From: Thermoplasmata archaeon
Lineage (GTDB): Archaea; Thermoplasmatota; E2; DHVEG-1
DNA length: 64,000 bases
Direction: 5' to 3'
Assembly: GCA_020054495.1 (NCBI GenBank)
Contig: JAHWGK010000006.1
Span: 4,829 to 68,828, forward strand
The notes under the pieces are model-generated. The model was not told the origin of the DNA. It did no database searches and was given only the letters and a program-made list of their open reading frames with translations. Below are positions 57,101 to 64,000 of this stretch, piece by piece. Position numbers and translations under genes: made by a program. Numbering within the stretch: the stretch's first letter is position 1; every line of letters starts with the position of its first letter.

Positions 57101-57257
57101 CTTCATTAACATTTGTTGGAAAATTAAAATAATCGATTGACAGGTCAGGTGAAGCTTTATCGGCAGAAACAGAACCATTGAGATTATTTAATAGAAAAAT
57201 TATTAAAATTGTTAGAATAATAAATCTTTTAGTAATACTATTATCAACTCTTGACAT
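54195..57257 (-). CDS. large surface protein (1020 aa) with multiple CARDB/Ig-like domains, TSP3-like Asp repeat and C-terminal TM plus basic tail
   Basis: Signal peptide. Repeated CARDB-type units (DLSIDYFNFP..EGNDVEFTVRIKN, PDLVIRNIILP..). DIDDRDDDGMPDWWE..DEDKDGLTN. C-terminal AWYLIGSIALFIFLIILILFVKRRKSK*. Confidence 0.8.
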   Translation of the reverse strand: MSRVDNSITKRFIILTILIIFLLNNLNGSVSADKASPDLSIDYFNFPTNVNEGNDVEFTVRIKNIVNVETGEFLNISEGTPIIVTLFIDDLEEESISNSDGLNVGETKYMNISWTAELGTETQRSVLIEVACPLLGDSNWNNNYQTGHIYVNEKGPSLEIIDIGLPDSFVINTTSMIAVKIKNYGGKTTDTIIAQLNSSIDGQIQNDTRQNSLARNATHTFYFNWTPSHFGSEKITFNIIYEGETHDYEERTISIGVEHLKWWDKNWHYRYFLTVNGTGNVPGFLNFTQFLEELEVFSQTFENDTLRIVEYSYDGDIVNVSQQYKFNESITFDSINNATGTLIWNVTGSSKEKFYCIYFDVTNNTGERTELNETEDINISGDAYVGDYTALDGWWIDFAEPINGSYTLLNQSIYIKVNTSSKAKYVEAFVFMQNNVSINFTRSLINIQDNISWEYDNLELNETGNWVIRITSIDGAGYEPVLKEHKIYVGLPDIEIVNISISTNNPATYPKIYIDDTVNFTAYLVAYEATVLNANVTIKIFNNTNNIIYNDTVVKTIYKDKENTVSFNKWKANDSGIFNVTITVDPDDLIEEKNETNNQKKKEFIVYRWPDLVIRNIILPTGTITEFEELKFDIVIANIGKGDAVDYVVNLYLEKVEEGVMKYENEIDNATFSIKINESKKIPIIWDSAIPGEWFVGAYVVVTVSKWDTYRANNIFLSNQTLKVKGLERIKPVIDSINVMPRRQEQGGSVTITAKVTDDSGLESVTIRITNPSNFSYPDETMVRTTGDLFKFTFDNTLLVGTYTFQIKAVDLSIHSNNVTAKDIFYIKKDSIPPVISYFEVRPHVQLINNDVTITCIATDNIGINTAKVFITPPDGLSFERTMNWFPSGKYVYDDIYNITGRYYFTILVKDKAGNWVETDSEYFWITSDIDDRDDDGMPDWWEEKYGLDPENPMDAQDDEDKDGLTNLKEYAAGNNPTKDIIFENAIYRLEDNAWYLIGSIALFIFLIILILFVKRRKSK

Positions 57258-57436
57258 GTAACATCATCCTTTGTAATTATTCCCCCAACTACCAAACTGT
57301 AATTTATATCCCCAATGTTGTATTTCTAGCTTTCTATTTATATAAAAAATAATTAGTTTTTATAAATTTAATTTTTCAGTTATAAACATAAACTATAAAA
57401 CTAATTTATTATTACCAAAAAACCTGGAAGGTAAAA

Positions 57437-57946
57437 ATGATACCAAAGATCCATGAGTCAAGTTTTGTTGCAAATACCGCTGTGATAATTGGTAACGTAA
57501 AAATTGGAAAAAATTGTGGAATTTTTCCATGTGCTGTTATCCGTGGCGATGACAATTCTATAGAAATAGGAGATGGATCAAACGTTCAAGATTGTTGTAT
57601 CCTTCATGTGGATGCAAATCATAAAATAAAAATTGGTAAAAATGTATCGATAGGACATGGCGCAATGGTTCACGGAGCAACTATCGAAGATGAATGTTTA
57701 ATTGGTATCAACGCTACTGTTTTAGACGGCGCTAATATTGGAAAAGGATCAGTTGTTGGAGCCAATGCTCTTGTTACAACAAATATGAAAGTCCCCGAAA
57801 ATAGTTTAGTAATAGGAATTCCAGGTAAAATTCAAAAGCTTGATAAAAAACTCAAAGATATTATTTTATACAATGCAAAGGAATATCAAAGATTGAGTAA
57901 AGAACATAAGGCTAGAAAATTCTCAAGTTTTTTACCTGAAGAATAA
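57437..57946 (+). CDS. gamma-class carbonic anhydrase-like hexapeptide-repeat (LbH) protein
   Basis: 169 aa with a left-handed beta-helix hexapeptide pattern and the IRGD..I.IG..SNVQD.C.LH signature. Confidence 0.8.
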   Translation: MIPKIHESSFVANTAVIIGNVKIGKNCGIFPCAVIRGDDNSIEIGDGSNVQDCCILHVDANHKIKIGKNVSIGHGAMVHGATIEDECLIGINATVLDGANIGKGSVVGANALVTTNMKVPENSLVIGIPGKIQKLDKKLKDIILYNAKEYQRLSKEHKARKFSSFLPEE

Positions 57947-57958
57947 TACCAAGAATTT

Positions 57959-58441
57959 CTATCTCTTTTTTAATTTTGAACGAGTATAAGCAAGTAGTCC
58001 ACCCGCATCCCTAATGGCAATTATTTCTTTTGGAAGCTTTGGAAATGAAAACGGTTTCCCACCCACAATTATTTTTCCAGTGTCCGCTATAAGTTCTATA
58101 TCGTCTCCTTTTGAGTATGCTTCTACAGCCTGAGGGCATTCAATAAGTAAGAGACCCTGATTAATTGCTGCCCTGTAAAAGATTCGTGCAAAACTTTCTG
58201 CTACAACTGCTCTTATTCCTACTGCTTTCAATCCCACAACAGGTTGTTCACGGGAGCTGCCACATCCAAAGTTTTTACCTGCAAAAATAATATCTCCTTC
58301 TTTGACATTTTTTGAAAAAGTGGAATCCAGGTCCTCTAAAAGATGAGGTTTAATCTCTTCACGGGTGCTGCAAGTATATGTATATTTTCCCGGGAATAAC
58401 ATATCAGTATTAATGTTATCACCATATCTCCATACATTCAT
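57959..58441 (-). CDS. leuD: 3-isopropylmalate/homoaconitate-type dehydratase small subunit
   Basis: 160 aa with GDNINTDMLFPGKY, GKNFGCGSSREQ. TAATG overlap with the large subunit. LeuD versus HacB is not distinguishable here. Confidence 0.85.
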   Translation of the reverse strand: MNVWRYGDNINTDMLFPGKYTYTCSTREEIKPHLLEDLDSTFSKNVKEGDIIFAGKNFGCGSSREQPVVGLKAVGIRAVVAESFARIFYRAAINQGLLLIECPQAVEAYSKGDDIELIADTGKIIVGGKPFSFPKLPKEIIAIRDAGGLLAYTRSKLKKR

Positions 58442-59706
58442 TATTTCATCACCTCTCTTGGGTCAATAATCTTACCATATATCGCTGAAGCCGCAACAGT
58501 TGCAGGGCTTGCTAGATAAATTTCTGCGTCTTTGCAACCCATACGGCCTTTGAAATTACGATTAGCAGTAGAAAGACATCGTTCACCAGGTGCAAGTATC
58601 CCCTGATGAGCACCAAGACATGGGCCACATCCAGGAGGAAGTAATACTCCTCCAGATTTAATAAGAGTTTCAATGATACCTGCTTTTAATGCCTTCTCCA
58701 AAATATCTTTAGATGCAGGTAAAATTAATAATCTAACATTTGAATTCACCTGTTTTCCTTTTAAAATATCCGCAACAACCTTTAAATCAGAAAGTCTTCC
58801 ATTAGTACATGTACCAATCAAGCATTGTTGAATTTCTAAACCTGATATTTCTGCAACCGGCTTAACATTATCAACAGTATGGGGACATGCAATCATTGGA
58901 ACAATTTCAGATAAATCGTATTCTAATTCCTGCAAGTAGGAAGCATCTCTATCAGGGAAAATGGGATTATACGAAGAGCTAGATACTCCAATTGAATCAA
59001 GAAAAATTTCTGTAACAGCATCTACAAAAAATACCGAGTTTTTCGCCCCCATCTCAATGCCCATATTAGCAATTGTAAATCTATCAGCAATAGAGAATTG
59101 ATCAATATCACCATGGTACTCAACTGAACAATAGTTAGCACCAGAAGCAGAAATATCACCAACAATATGTAGAACTACATCTTTTGCATACACACCAAAT
59201 TTTAGTATTCCATTTAGCATTATTTTTATACTATCTGGGACCTTTAGCCACGTCTCACCTGTAAGCATAAGCGATGCTGCCTCAGTTCTATCAATACCAG
59301 ATGAAAAAGCGCCAACTGCACCATACGAACAAGTGTGAGAATCACTACCTAAAAGCAATTTTCCTGGAAGGCCAAGACCTTTTTCTATAACAACTTGATG
59401 GCATACTCCAATACCTACATCAAAAAAATTTTCAATATTGTGAGTTTTGACAAATTCTCTAATAACTTTATGATTCGTCGATGTCTTTTCAGATGCAGCG
59501 GGAATAACATGGTCAAGAACTATTATTGGAAGTGACTTAGAAAATACACCATATTTTTTTAACTCAGGCTCAATCTTTTTTATAATAGCTGCTGTATTAT
59601 CATGAGTCAAAAGATGATCAGGATGAACGGTTACTATCTGGCCTGGAACTACATTTTTCTCCCCCGCATAATTTGATAATAGTTTTTCTACGAATGTCAT
59701 ACTCAT
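58441..59706 (-). CDS. leuC: 3-isopropylmalate/homoaconitate-type dehydratase large subunit (aconitase family)
   Basis: ORF track 58441..59772. ATG 59706 (MSMTFVEKL) is preceded by GGAGG. Fe-S Cys motifs (GTCTNGR, PGCGPCLG). Confidence 0.9.
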   Translation of the reverse strand: MSMTFVEKLLSNYAGEKNVVPGQIVTVHPDHLLTHDNTAAIIKKIEPELKKYGVFSKSLPIIVLDHVIPAASEKTSTNHKVIREFVKTHNIENFFDVGIGVCHQVVIEKGLGLPGKLLLGSDSHTCSYGAVGAFSSGIDRTEAASLMLTGETWLKVPDSIKIMLNGILKFGVYAKDVVLHIVGDISASGANYCSVEYHGDIDQFSIADRFTIANMGIEMGAKNSVFFVDAVTEIFLDSIGVSSSSYNPIFPDRDASYLQELEYDLSEIVPMIACPHTVDNVKPVAEISGLEIQQCLIGTCTNGRLSDLKVVADILKGKQVNSNVRLLILPASKDILEKALKAGIIETLIKSGGVLLPPGCGPCLGAHQGILAPGERCLSTANRNFKGRMGCKDAEIYLASPATVAASAIYGKIIDPREVMK

Positions 59707-59891
59707 ATATGTTGGCCTCCACAATTTATAACAAATAAACGATTCATTACGGAATTCTAAAGTAGGAATCAATTAATCCTCTTTAAATTTATTTAGAAAA
59801 AATATTGACACTCTTACAATCTGACAGATTTATAAGAAAACTATAAGTTATAGTATATAGATATTGTTATTAAGAGGGTGAAGCTGGAGAG

Positions 59892-60818
59892 ATGAAACAC
59901 AGGAAGTTTATCAAAGAAAATTCCGCAGTCGCAGGAGTTATTGAAGCAATCTTACTCATTGCTCTTGTTGCAATAATCCTCTCTATGATACAATTAACTT
60001 ATGTACCTATAATGATGGAACAAAAAGAAGCTGACCACATGGATGAGGTATCAAATCAATTTTCGCAATTAAAATCTGTAATAGAAATTCAATCAATGAT
60101 GGGTGCTATGGGGACAGGTGAACCCATTACATATACTCCTATGTCATCTCCAATAACTCTAGGTAGTAAAGAACTTCCATATTTTGTATCAGCAAGATCA
60201 TCAGGTCAAATAGATTTAATTGGTCAAGATGATGCTGGGGATCACAAGATAAATATTCAACCTGCGCCAGCTGATTTCCCATCTGGAATACCTTTAACTT
60301 CGATTAAATATAGAGCAACTAACTTTTATTTCCCTAAATCTTCAGCAGAACCCTGGCAAGAATATATTCTTGAAGGTGGAGGTATAATTCTTAAACAATC
60401 AGATGGAGAGGTAATGCGGGTTTATCAAGGTATTGCTGTTGAAAATAATAGCGACCTGGGCAATATCAAAATAAAATATTACATTCCTTTATTTACGGGT
60501 GTTCCCGGGAAAAAATTGTATGCTGATTATAAAGATTGTTATGTTCATACAAACTACACTAATCATTATACACATTCAGGGCCTACCGCCTTTATTCATA
60601 TTTATACAGAATATCCAGATGCTTGGTATCAATCACTTATTAAAGATGATACAGGGTTACTATGGGAATGCTACGATAATGGATATATAAATGTTAATTT
60701 AGATGACACTGTAACTCCAAATAAGGTGGAAATAACACCCGGTAGTTTAACAATTACTTTAGAACTTACGATAGTAGAAATTGGGGTTCAAGTTGGTCCA
60801 GGTTATGTGATACCTTAA
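59892..60818 (+). CDS. archaeal type IV pilin-like protein (class III signal peptide, Pilin_N/DUF1628-like N-terminus)
   Basis: 308 aa. MKHRKFIKENSAVAGVIEAILLIALVAIILSMI matches the archaeal prepilin pattern (charged leader, AV-x-x-VI-E/G, hydrophobic helix). Large beta-rich body. Confidence 0.65.
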   Translation: MKHRKFIKENSAVAGVIEAILLIALVAIILSMIQLTYVPIMMEQKEADHMDEVSNQFSQLKSVIEIQSMMGAMGTGEPITYTPMSSPITLGSKELPYFVSARSSGQIDLIGQDDAGDHKINIQPAPADFPSGIPLTSIKYRATNFYFPKSSAEPWQEYILEGGGIILKQSDGEVMRVYQGIAVENNSDLGNIKIKYYIPLFTGVPGKKLYADYKDCYVHTNYTNHYTHSGPTAFIHIYTEYPDAWYQSLIKDDTGLLWECYDNGYINVNLDDTVTPNKVEITPGSLTITLELTIVEIGVQVGPGYVIP

Positions 60819-60953
60819 AAATAGTTTAAAAACAAATATTTTAGTAGAAAACATAAGAAAGTTTTTTTATTAACTAGGAGATATAGCTCATAAGATGATA
60901 GAGGATAGTATAACAAAGTTAAGTTTTGATGTAAAAGGCCTCTATTAAAATTA

Positions 60954-61769
60954 ATGTCTCATATAATGACAATACAAGAGAGCGATTTAGCAATGGATGA
61001 AGTCGAAGATAATAGCAAAGATAAGAAAGAAAATGTACTAAAAACAGAAGTTAGTGGATTTGATGAGTTATTTACAGATGGGGGCATTCCAAAGGGCAGC
61101 TCTGTTTTAGTAGCTGGGGGACCAGGAACAGGTAAAAGCATACTTTGTAGACATATATGTTATAATCTTGTTTCAATAGGAAAAAAGTGTATGTATGTCA
61201 GCTTTGAGGAAAGCAAAGAACGTATTGTAAGAAGTATGGAAGATTTTGGGTGGGATGTAACAAAATTTATTGAGAATGGGGATTTTATAATACAGAAAAT
61301 TAATCCGCTTGATATACTTAGAATGAAGTTTGGATCAATAGGAGGATCTGGGTCAGCTACCGAGTTATCTTACAAGATAAAGCCACTTGTTATACCTAAA
61401 AATTTTCATCCAGATATTATAGCTGTTGATTCTTTGACTGCAATTATTGCTGTTTCGGTTACAAAAGATAGAAACTACAGAGTTTATCTACAGCAATTGT
61501 TTAGCTTCTTTGAAGAGACCGGTTCTACTTCATTTTTAATTACTGAAACAGATCCAATTCCGACTAGATATAGTGAAACTGGAATTGAAGAATTTTTAGC
61601 AGATGGAATAATCGTCCTTTATAATATTCAAAAGAATGATGTTAGGCAGAACGCTATTGAAGTTTTAAAAATGAGATATGGAAAACATCAGAAGAAAATG
61701 GTTTTAATGACAATTACAGATAAAGGCATTATAGTTCATCCAGATGAATGTGTTGCAATTGAATCCTGA
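60954..61769 (+). CDS. single-domain KaiC/RadA-like ATPase with acidic N-terminal extension
   Basis: 271 aa with SGFDELFTDGGIPKG, Walker A GGPGTGKS, Walker B AVDSL and VLKMRYGKH. Confidence 0.8.
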   Translation: MSHIMTIQESDLAMDEVEDNSKDKKENVLKTEVSGFDELFTDGGIPKGSSVLVAGGPGTGKSILCRHICYNLVSIGKKCMYVSFEESKERIVRSMEDFGWDVTKFIENGDFIIQKINPLDILRMKFGSIGGSGSATELSYKIKPLVIPKNFHPDIIAVDSLTAIIAVSVTKDRNYRVYLQQLFSFFEETGSTSFLITETDPIPTRYSETGIEEFLADGIIVLYNIQKNDVRQNAIEVLKMRYGKHQKKMVLMTITDKGIIVHPDECVAIES

Positions 61770-61781
61770 TAGGAATTGATA

Positions 61782-62027
61782 TTATAAAAATTTGAAAGGT
61801 TCAGCGTGTTTATCAAGTCTTTTTGCTCCGTATTTTATAATAGTATTTTCTATTTGTTTAATCTGAAGTCTGTTTAATCCTGTCCTTTTTAATATCAGCT
61901 TATCGTTTTCATCATATATCTTTAATGTTCCATTGTCTATACTTGATATAGCTTTCATTATTCTGCCATTTTGCAACCAGACCCAGATATTTATGTTATT
62001 CTTAGTCATACGATCGCCTGATTTCAT
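61782..62027 (-). CDS. hypothetical small protein
   Basis: 81-aa ORF (possibly starting at MTKNN, 62009), between two KaiC-like genes on the opposite strand. No family recognised. Confidence 0.4.
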   Translation of the reverse strand: MKSGDRMTKNNINIWVWLQNGRIMKAISSIDNGTLKIYDENDKLILKRTGLNRLQIKQIENTIIKYGAKRLDKHAEPFKFL

Positions 62028-62234
62028 TTATATCCAATAATAATTTTATTTTGCAAAGTATATAAACATTTCTATACAACTCTAGCCCACAATAAAATTG
62101 CGCAACCAAAACCTAACTTTTCTCAAAAATTAATAAATAAATTTTTTTGATGAAAGGATAAAATAATATACGAGCATTTGCATATCACATTAATGACTGG
62201 GATCACTAATATTAATGATTATAGAGAGGTAAAA

Positions 62235-62957
62235 ATGGACAGAGTGTCGACAGGAGTTGAAGGGCTTGACTCAACAATTGAAGGCGGTTTACCAAAAAAA
62301 TCGATTACCCTTATTTCAGGCCCTCCTGGTGGCGGTAAAAGTATTTTTTGTTTTCAGTTTATATATGACGGGGCAAAAAATGGTGAAAAATGTCTATTTC
62401 TATCTTTAGATAAAAAAGCAGAAGGGCTTCTCATCCAAGCAAAACATCTAGGATTTGATTTTCAACCAGCGATTGAACAAAATCTTGTTAAATTTCTCTA
62501 TTTGAACATCTCCAAAAAATTTGTTTATGAGACTATGACAAATGAAATCTTATCAGGCGATTATGATAGAATTGTATTAGATTCAATTACCCCACTTTCC
62601 GAAATGCCAATATTTATGAGAACTTCTATGGATAATAAAGTCGATACCAGTATGGTTGATTTTGAGGAATTCCCAGAAGATGTTTCTCTACCGACAAGAA
62701 GACTGCATCTACGTTATATATTAAGTGCATTAGAATCAACAAAATCAACTTCTATTGTTACATCGGAACTTCCAGTTGGCACATCTCTTCTTTCAAGAGA
62801 TGGTATTTCAGAATTTTTGGCAGATGGCGTTATAACCCTTTCTCTTGACCCCACAATGGATAGGCGAAAGCTTTCAGTTATGAAAATGAGAAACACAAAA
62901 CATACGCTTAAACCACATGATATTGTTATAGACTATGGTGGTATCAAAATCGTTTAA
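62235..62957 (+). CDS. single-domain KaiC/RadA-like ATPase
   Basis: ORF track 62178..62957. ATG 62235 (MDRVSTGVEGLD) is preceded by GAGAGG. Walker A GPPGGGKS, Walker B VLDSI and VMKMRNTKH. Confidence 0.8.
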   Translation: MDRVSTGVEGLDSTIEGGLPKKSITLISGPPGGGKSIFCFQFIYDGAKNGEKCLFLSLDKKAEGLLIQAKHLGFDFQPAIEQNLVKFLYLNISKKFVYETMTNEILSGDYDRIVLDSITPLSEMPIFMRTSMDNKVDTSMVDFEEFPEDVSLPTRRLHLRYILSALESTKSTSIVTSELPVGTSLLSRDGISEFLADGVITLSLDPTMDRRKLSVMKMRNTKHTLKPHDIVIDYGGIKIV

Positions 62958-62968
62958 AAACTTCAAAT

Positions 62969-63439
62969 ATGTTTTTAGATTATAAGCCTCCTAAAGAACT
63001 TAGAGCACTATTTATTGTTCACTATGCGCCACTAATTTTAATTATATTAATAGGGCCATTGACAGCATTATTTGATGTCTGGAAACTACCTATAAATATG
63101 ATTTTTAGTATCATCCTAGGATCTGTTATTTTTCTACTTGGTGCTTTTGTATATTTTAAATGGGAATTATTCTGGTATAAAGCATATAAAGGCCAACTTG
63201 TAACTGGAGGGATTTTTCAACATATTAGACATCCACATTATACTTCGCTTCTTATCGTTGGATTTGGGCTTTCATTATTTTTTTGGTCGTTAGCAGCGTT
63301 ACTCATTGCAATTATTGCAATACCAATAATGATATGGAGTATATTTGATGAAGAAAAACTCCTGATAAAACAATATGGTAAAGAATACGTTGAATATATG
63401 AAAAAGGTACCTTGGCGAATAATTCCAAAGATTTTTTAA
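62969..63439 (+). CDS. isoprenylcysteine carboxyl methyltransferase / phospholipid methyltransferase family membrane protein
   Basis: 156 aa, 4-5 TM, with GIFQHIRHPHYTS and the distal EEKLL..YG..Y..Y motif. Confidence 0.65.
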   Translation: MFLDYKPPKELRALFIVHYAPLILIILIGPLTALFDVWKLPINMIFSIILGSVIFLLGAFVYFKWELFWYKAYKGQLVTGGIFQHIRHPHYTSLLIVGFGLSLFFWSLAALLIAIIAIPIMIWSIFDEEKLLIKQYGKEYVEYMKKVPWRIIPKIF

Positions 63440-63530
63440 TTTCCAGTAAAGAGTGTTTCTATTAATATATTCTACAAAGAAAAAAATTTGATTGTTTCTT
63501 TTCTATAATTTAATTTTTTGAAAGAAGTTT

Positions 63531-63548
63531 AAAAAAAAAAGAAAAAAA
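63531..63548 (-). terminator. oligo-T terminator candidate for the PKD-tail gene
   Basis: The minus strand reads T7-C-T10 (plus strand A10-G-A7 at 63531-63548), about 20 nt downstream of the stop at 63569. Oligo-T tracts are the usual archaeal termination signal. Confidence 0.4.
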
Positions 63549-63568
63549 GAGGGGTATGTTTGTTTTTT

Positions 63569-64000
63569 CTAGATGCTCAATAGTATATTTAGTATTTGAT
63601 CAAGTACTGGAAATCGTTCCATGAATGCCTCGAGAAGTGCAATGACTAAGTTGAATTGTTTGGCTTTTGGCATACTAATGTATAGTATTCCCCATGGACC
63701 TTCTGCATCATTCACATCTTTTGCCTTCACTTTTACTGTATAGACACCATTTGAAGACCAAGTATGACTTGCAGATGATCCCTCGCCTGAACTATATGGA
63801 CCATCCCAATCTTCAAATGTGTCATCTCCCCAGTCTACATAGTAGTATATATCGTCTCCATTAGGATCAGTTGCAGAAAATGTAATGGTATATTGTGTTC
63901 CTGGTTTTCCACTGGTTGGCCCGTCAACCTCTGGTGCATATGGTTGCTGGTTGTTTGATTCTTCTATCGTCGAGTCAACTGGAACTGGTGCAGACCATTC
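63569..64000 (-). CDS. 3' part of a secreted PKD-domain protein carrying a variant of the conserved C-terminal tail (N-terminus beyond the window)
   Basis: Not in the ORF track because it is truncated. The reverse frame is open from 64000 to TAG 63569-63571: ..PYAPEVDGPTSGKPGTQYTITFSATDPNGDDIYYYVDWGDDTFEDWDGPYSSGEGSSASHTWSSNGVYTVKVKAKDVNDAEGPWGILYISMPKAKQFNLVIALLEAFMERFPVLDQILNILLSI*. Confidence 0.75.
   Translation of the reverse strand, partial: EWSAPVPVDSTIEESNNQQPYAPEVDGPTSGKPGTQYTITFSATDPNGDDIYYYVDWGDDTFEDWDGPYSSGEGSSASHTWSSNGVYTVKVKAKDVNDAEGPWGILYISMPKAKQFNLVIALLEAFMERFPVLDQILNILLSI

Noticed and set aside
1-64000. Search for tRNA, rRNA, SRP or RNase P RNA, transposases, integrases, cas genes, restriction-modification or other known defence genes
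   Set aside because: I found no T-loop or anticodon-arm-like GC-rich segments in intergenic DNA, no long GC-rich non-coding blocks, and no ORF with DDE/HUH transposase, tyrosine or serine recombinase, Cas or methyltransferase-endonuclease motifs. Manual inspection cannot exclude small ncRNAs.

Overview
AT-rich (roughly 30% G+C by eye) archaeal chromosomal segment. It is archaeal because it encodes Topo VI-A, TBP, Kae1 and Bud32, RpoL, Csl4, L10e, ArcS, a class I CCA enzyme and an RNase J-type beta-CASP nuclease; I cannot assign a lineage from sequence alone. The housekeeping backbone is top6A, a kae1-bud32-HAM1 operon, ileS, truD-rpoL-csl4, rpl10e, an S2P protease, MptE-like, DUF373, AlaX, thpR-PAP2-cca, purH, tbp, arcS and a LeuCD-type dehydratase. 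Interspersed are at least seven large secreted or surface proteins, two of them C25/gingipain-like, plus three single-domain KaiC-like ATPases and a type IV pilin-like gene. A tightly packed six-gene operon combines a tungsten/molybdenum aldehyde:ferredoxin oxidoreductase (AOR), a ferredoxin, and ThiF and ThiS. A 2-kb islet holds mini-proteins of 33-69 aa (RHH, zinc ribbon, C2H2). I found no tRNA, rRNA, CRISPR, cas, transposase or integrase. Best candidate for something undescribed: three secreted proteins end in a conserved, non-transmembrane tail (basic P-R/K-x-K motif, 15-16 aa spacer, then FP[IV]L[QD][RQ][LI]L). These are a C25 protease, a cleaved-adhesin-like protein and a PKD protein cut by the window edge. 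Two copies are identical over 13 aa despite 7 synonymous codon differences, which points to a new C-terminal sorting or attachment signal. Other leads: a second shared C-terminal anchor module (TSP3 repeats, FPW, TM, acidic tail) on two neighbouring proteins; a frameshifted lycopene-cyclase-domain gene next to a UbiA prenyltransferase; phased operator-like repeats in front of an RHH gene; and a CXXCH mini-protein at the head of the AOR operon.
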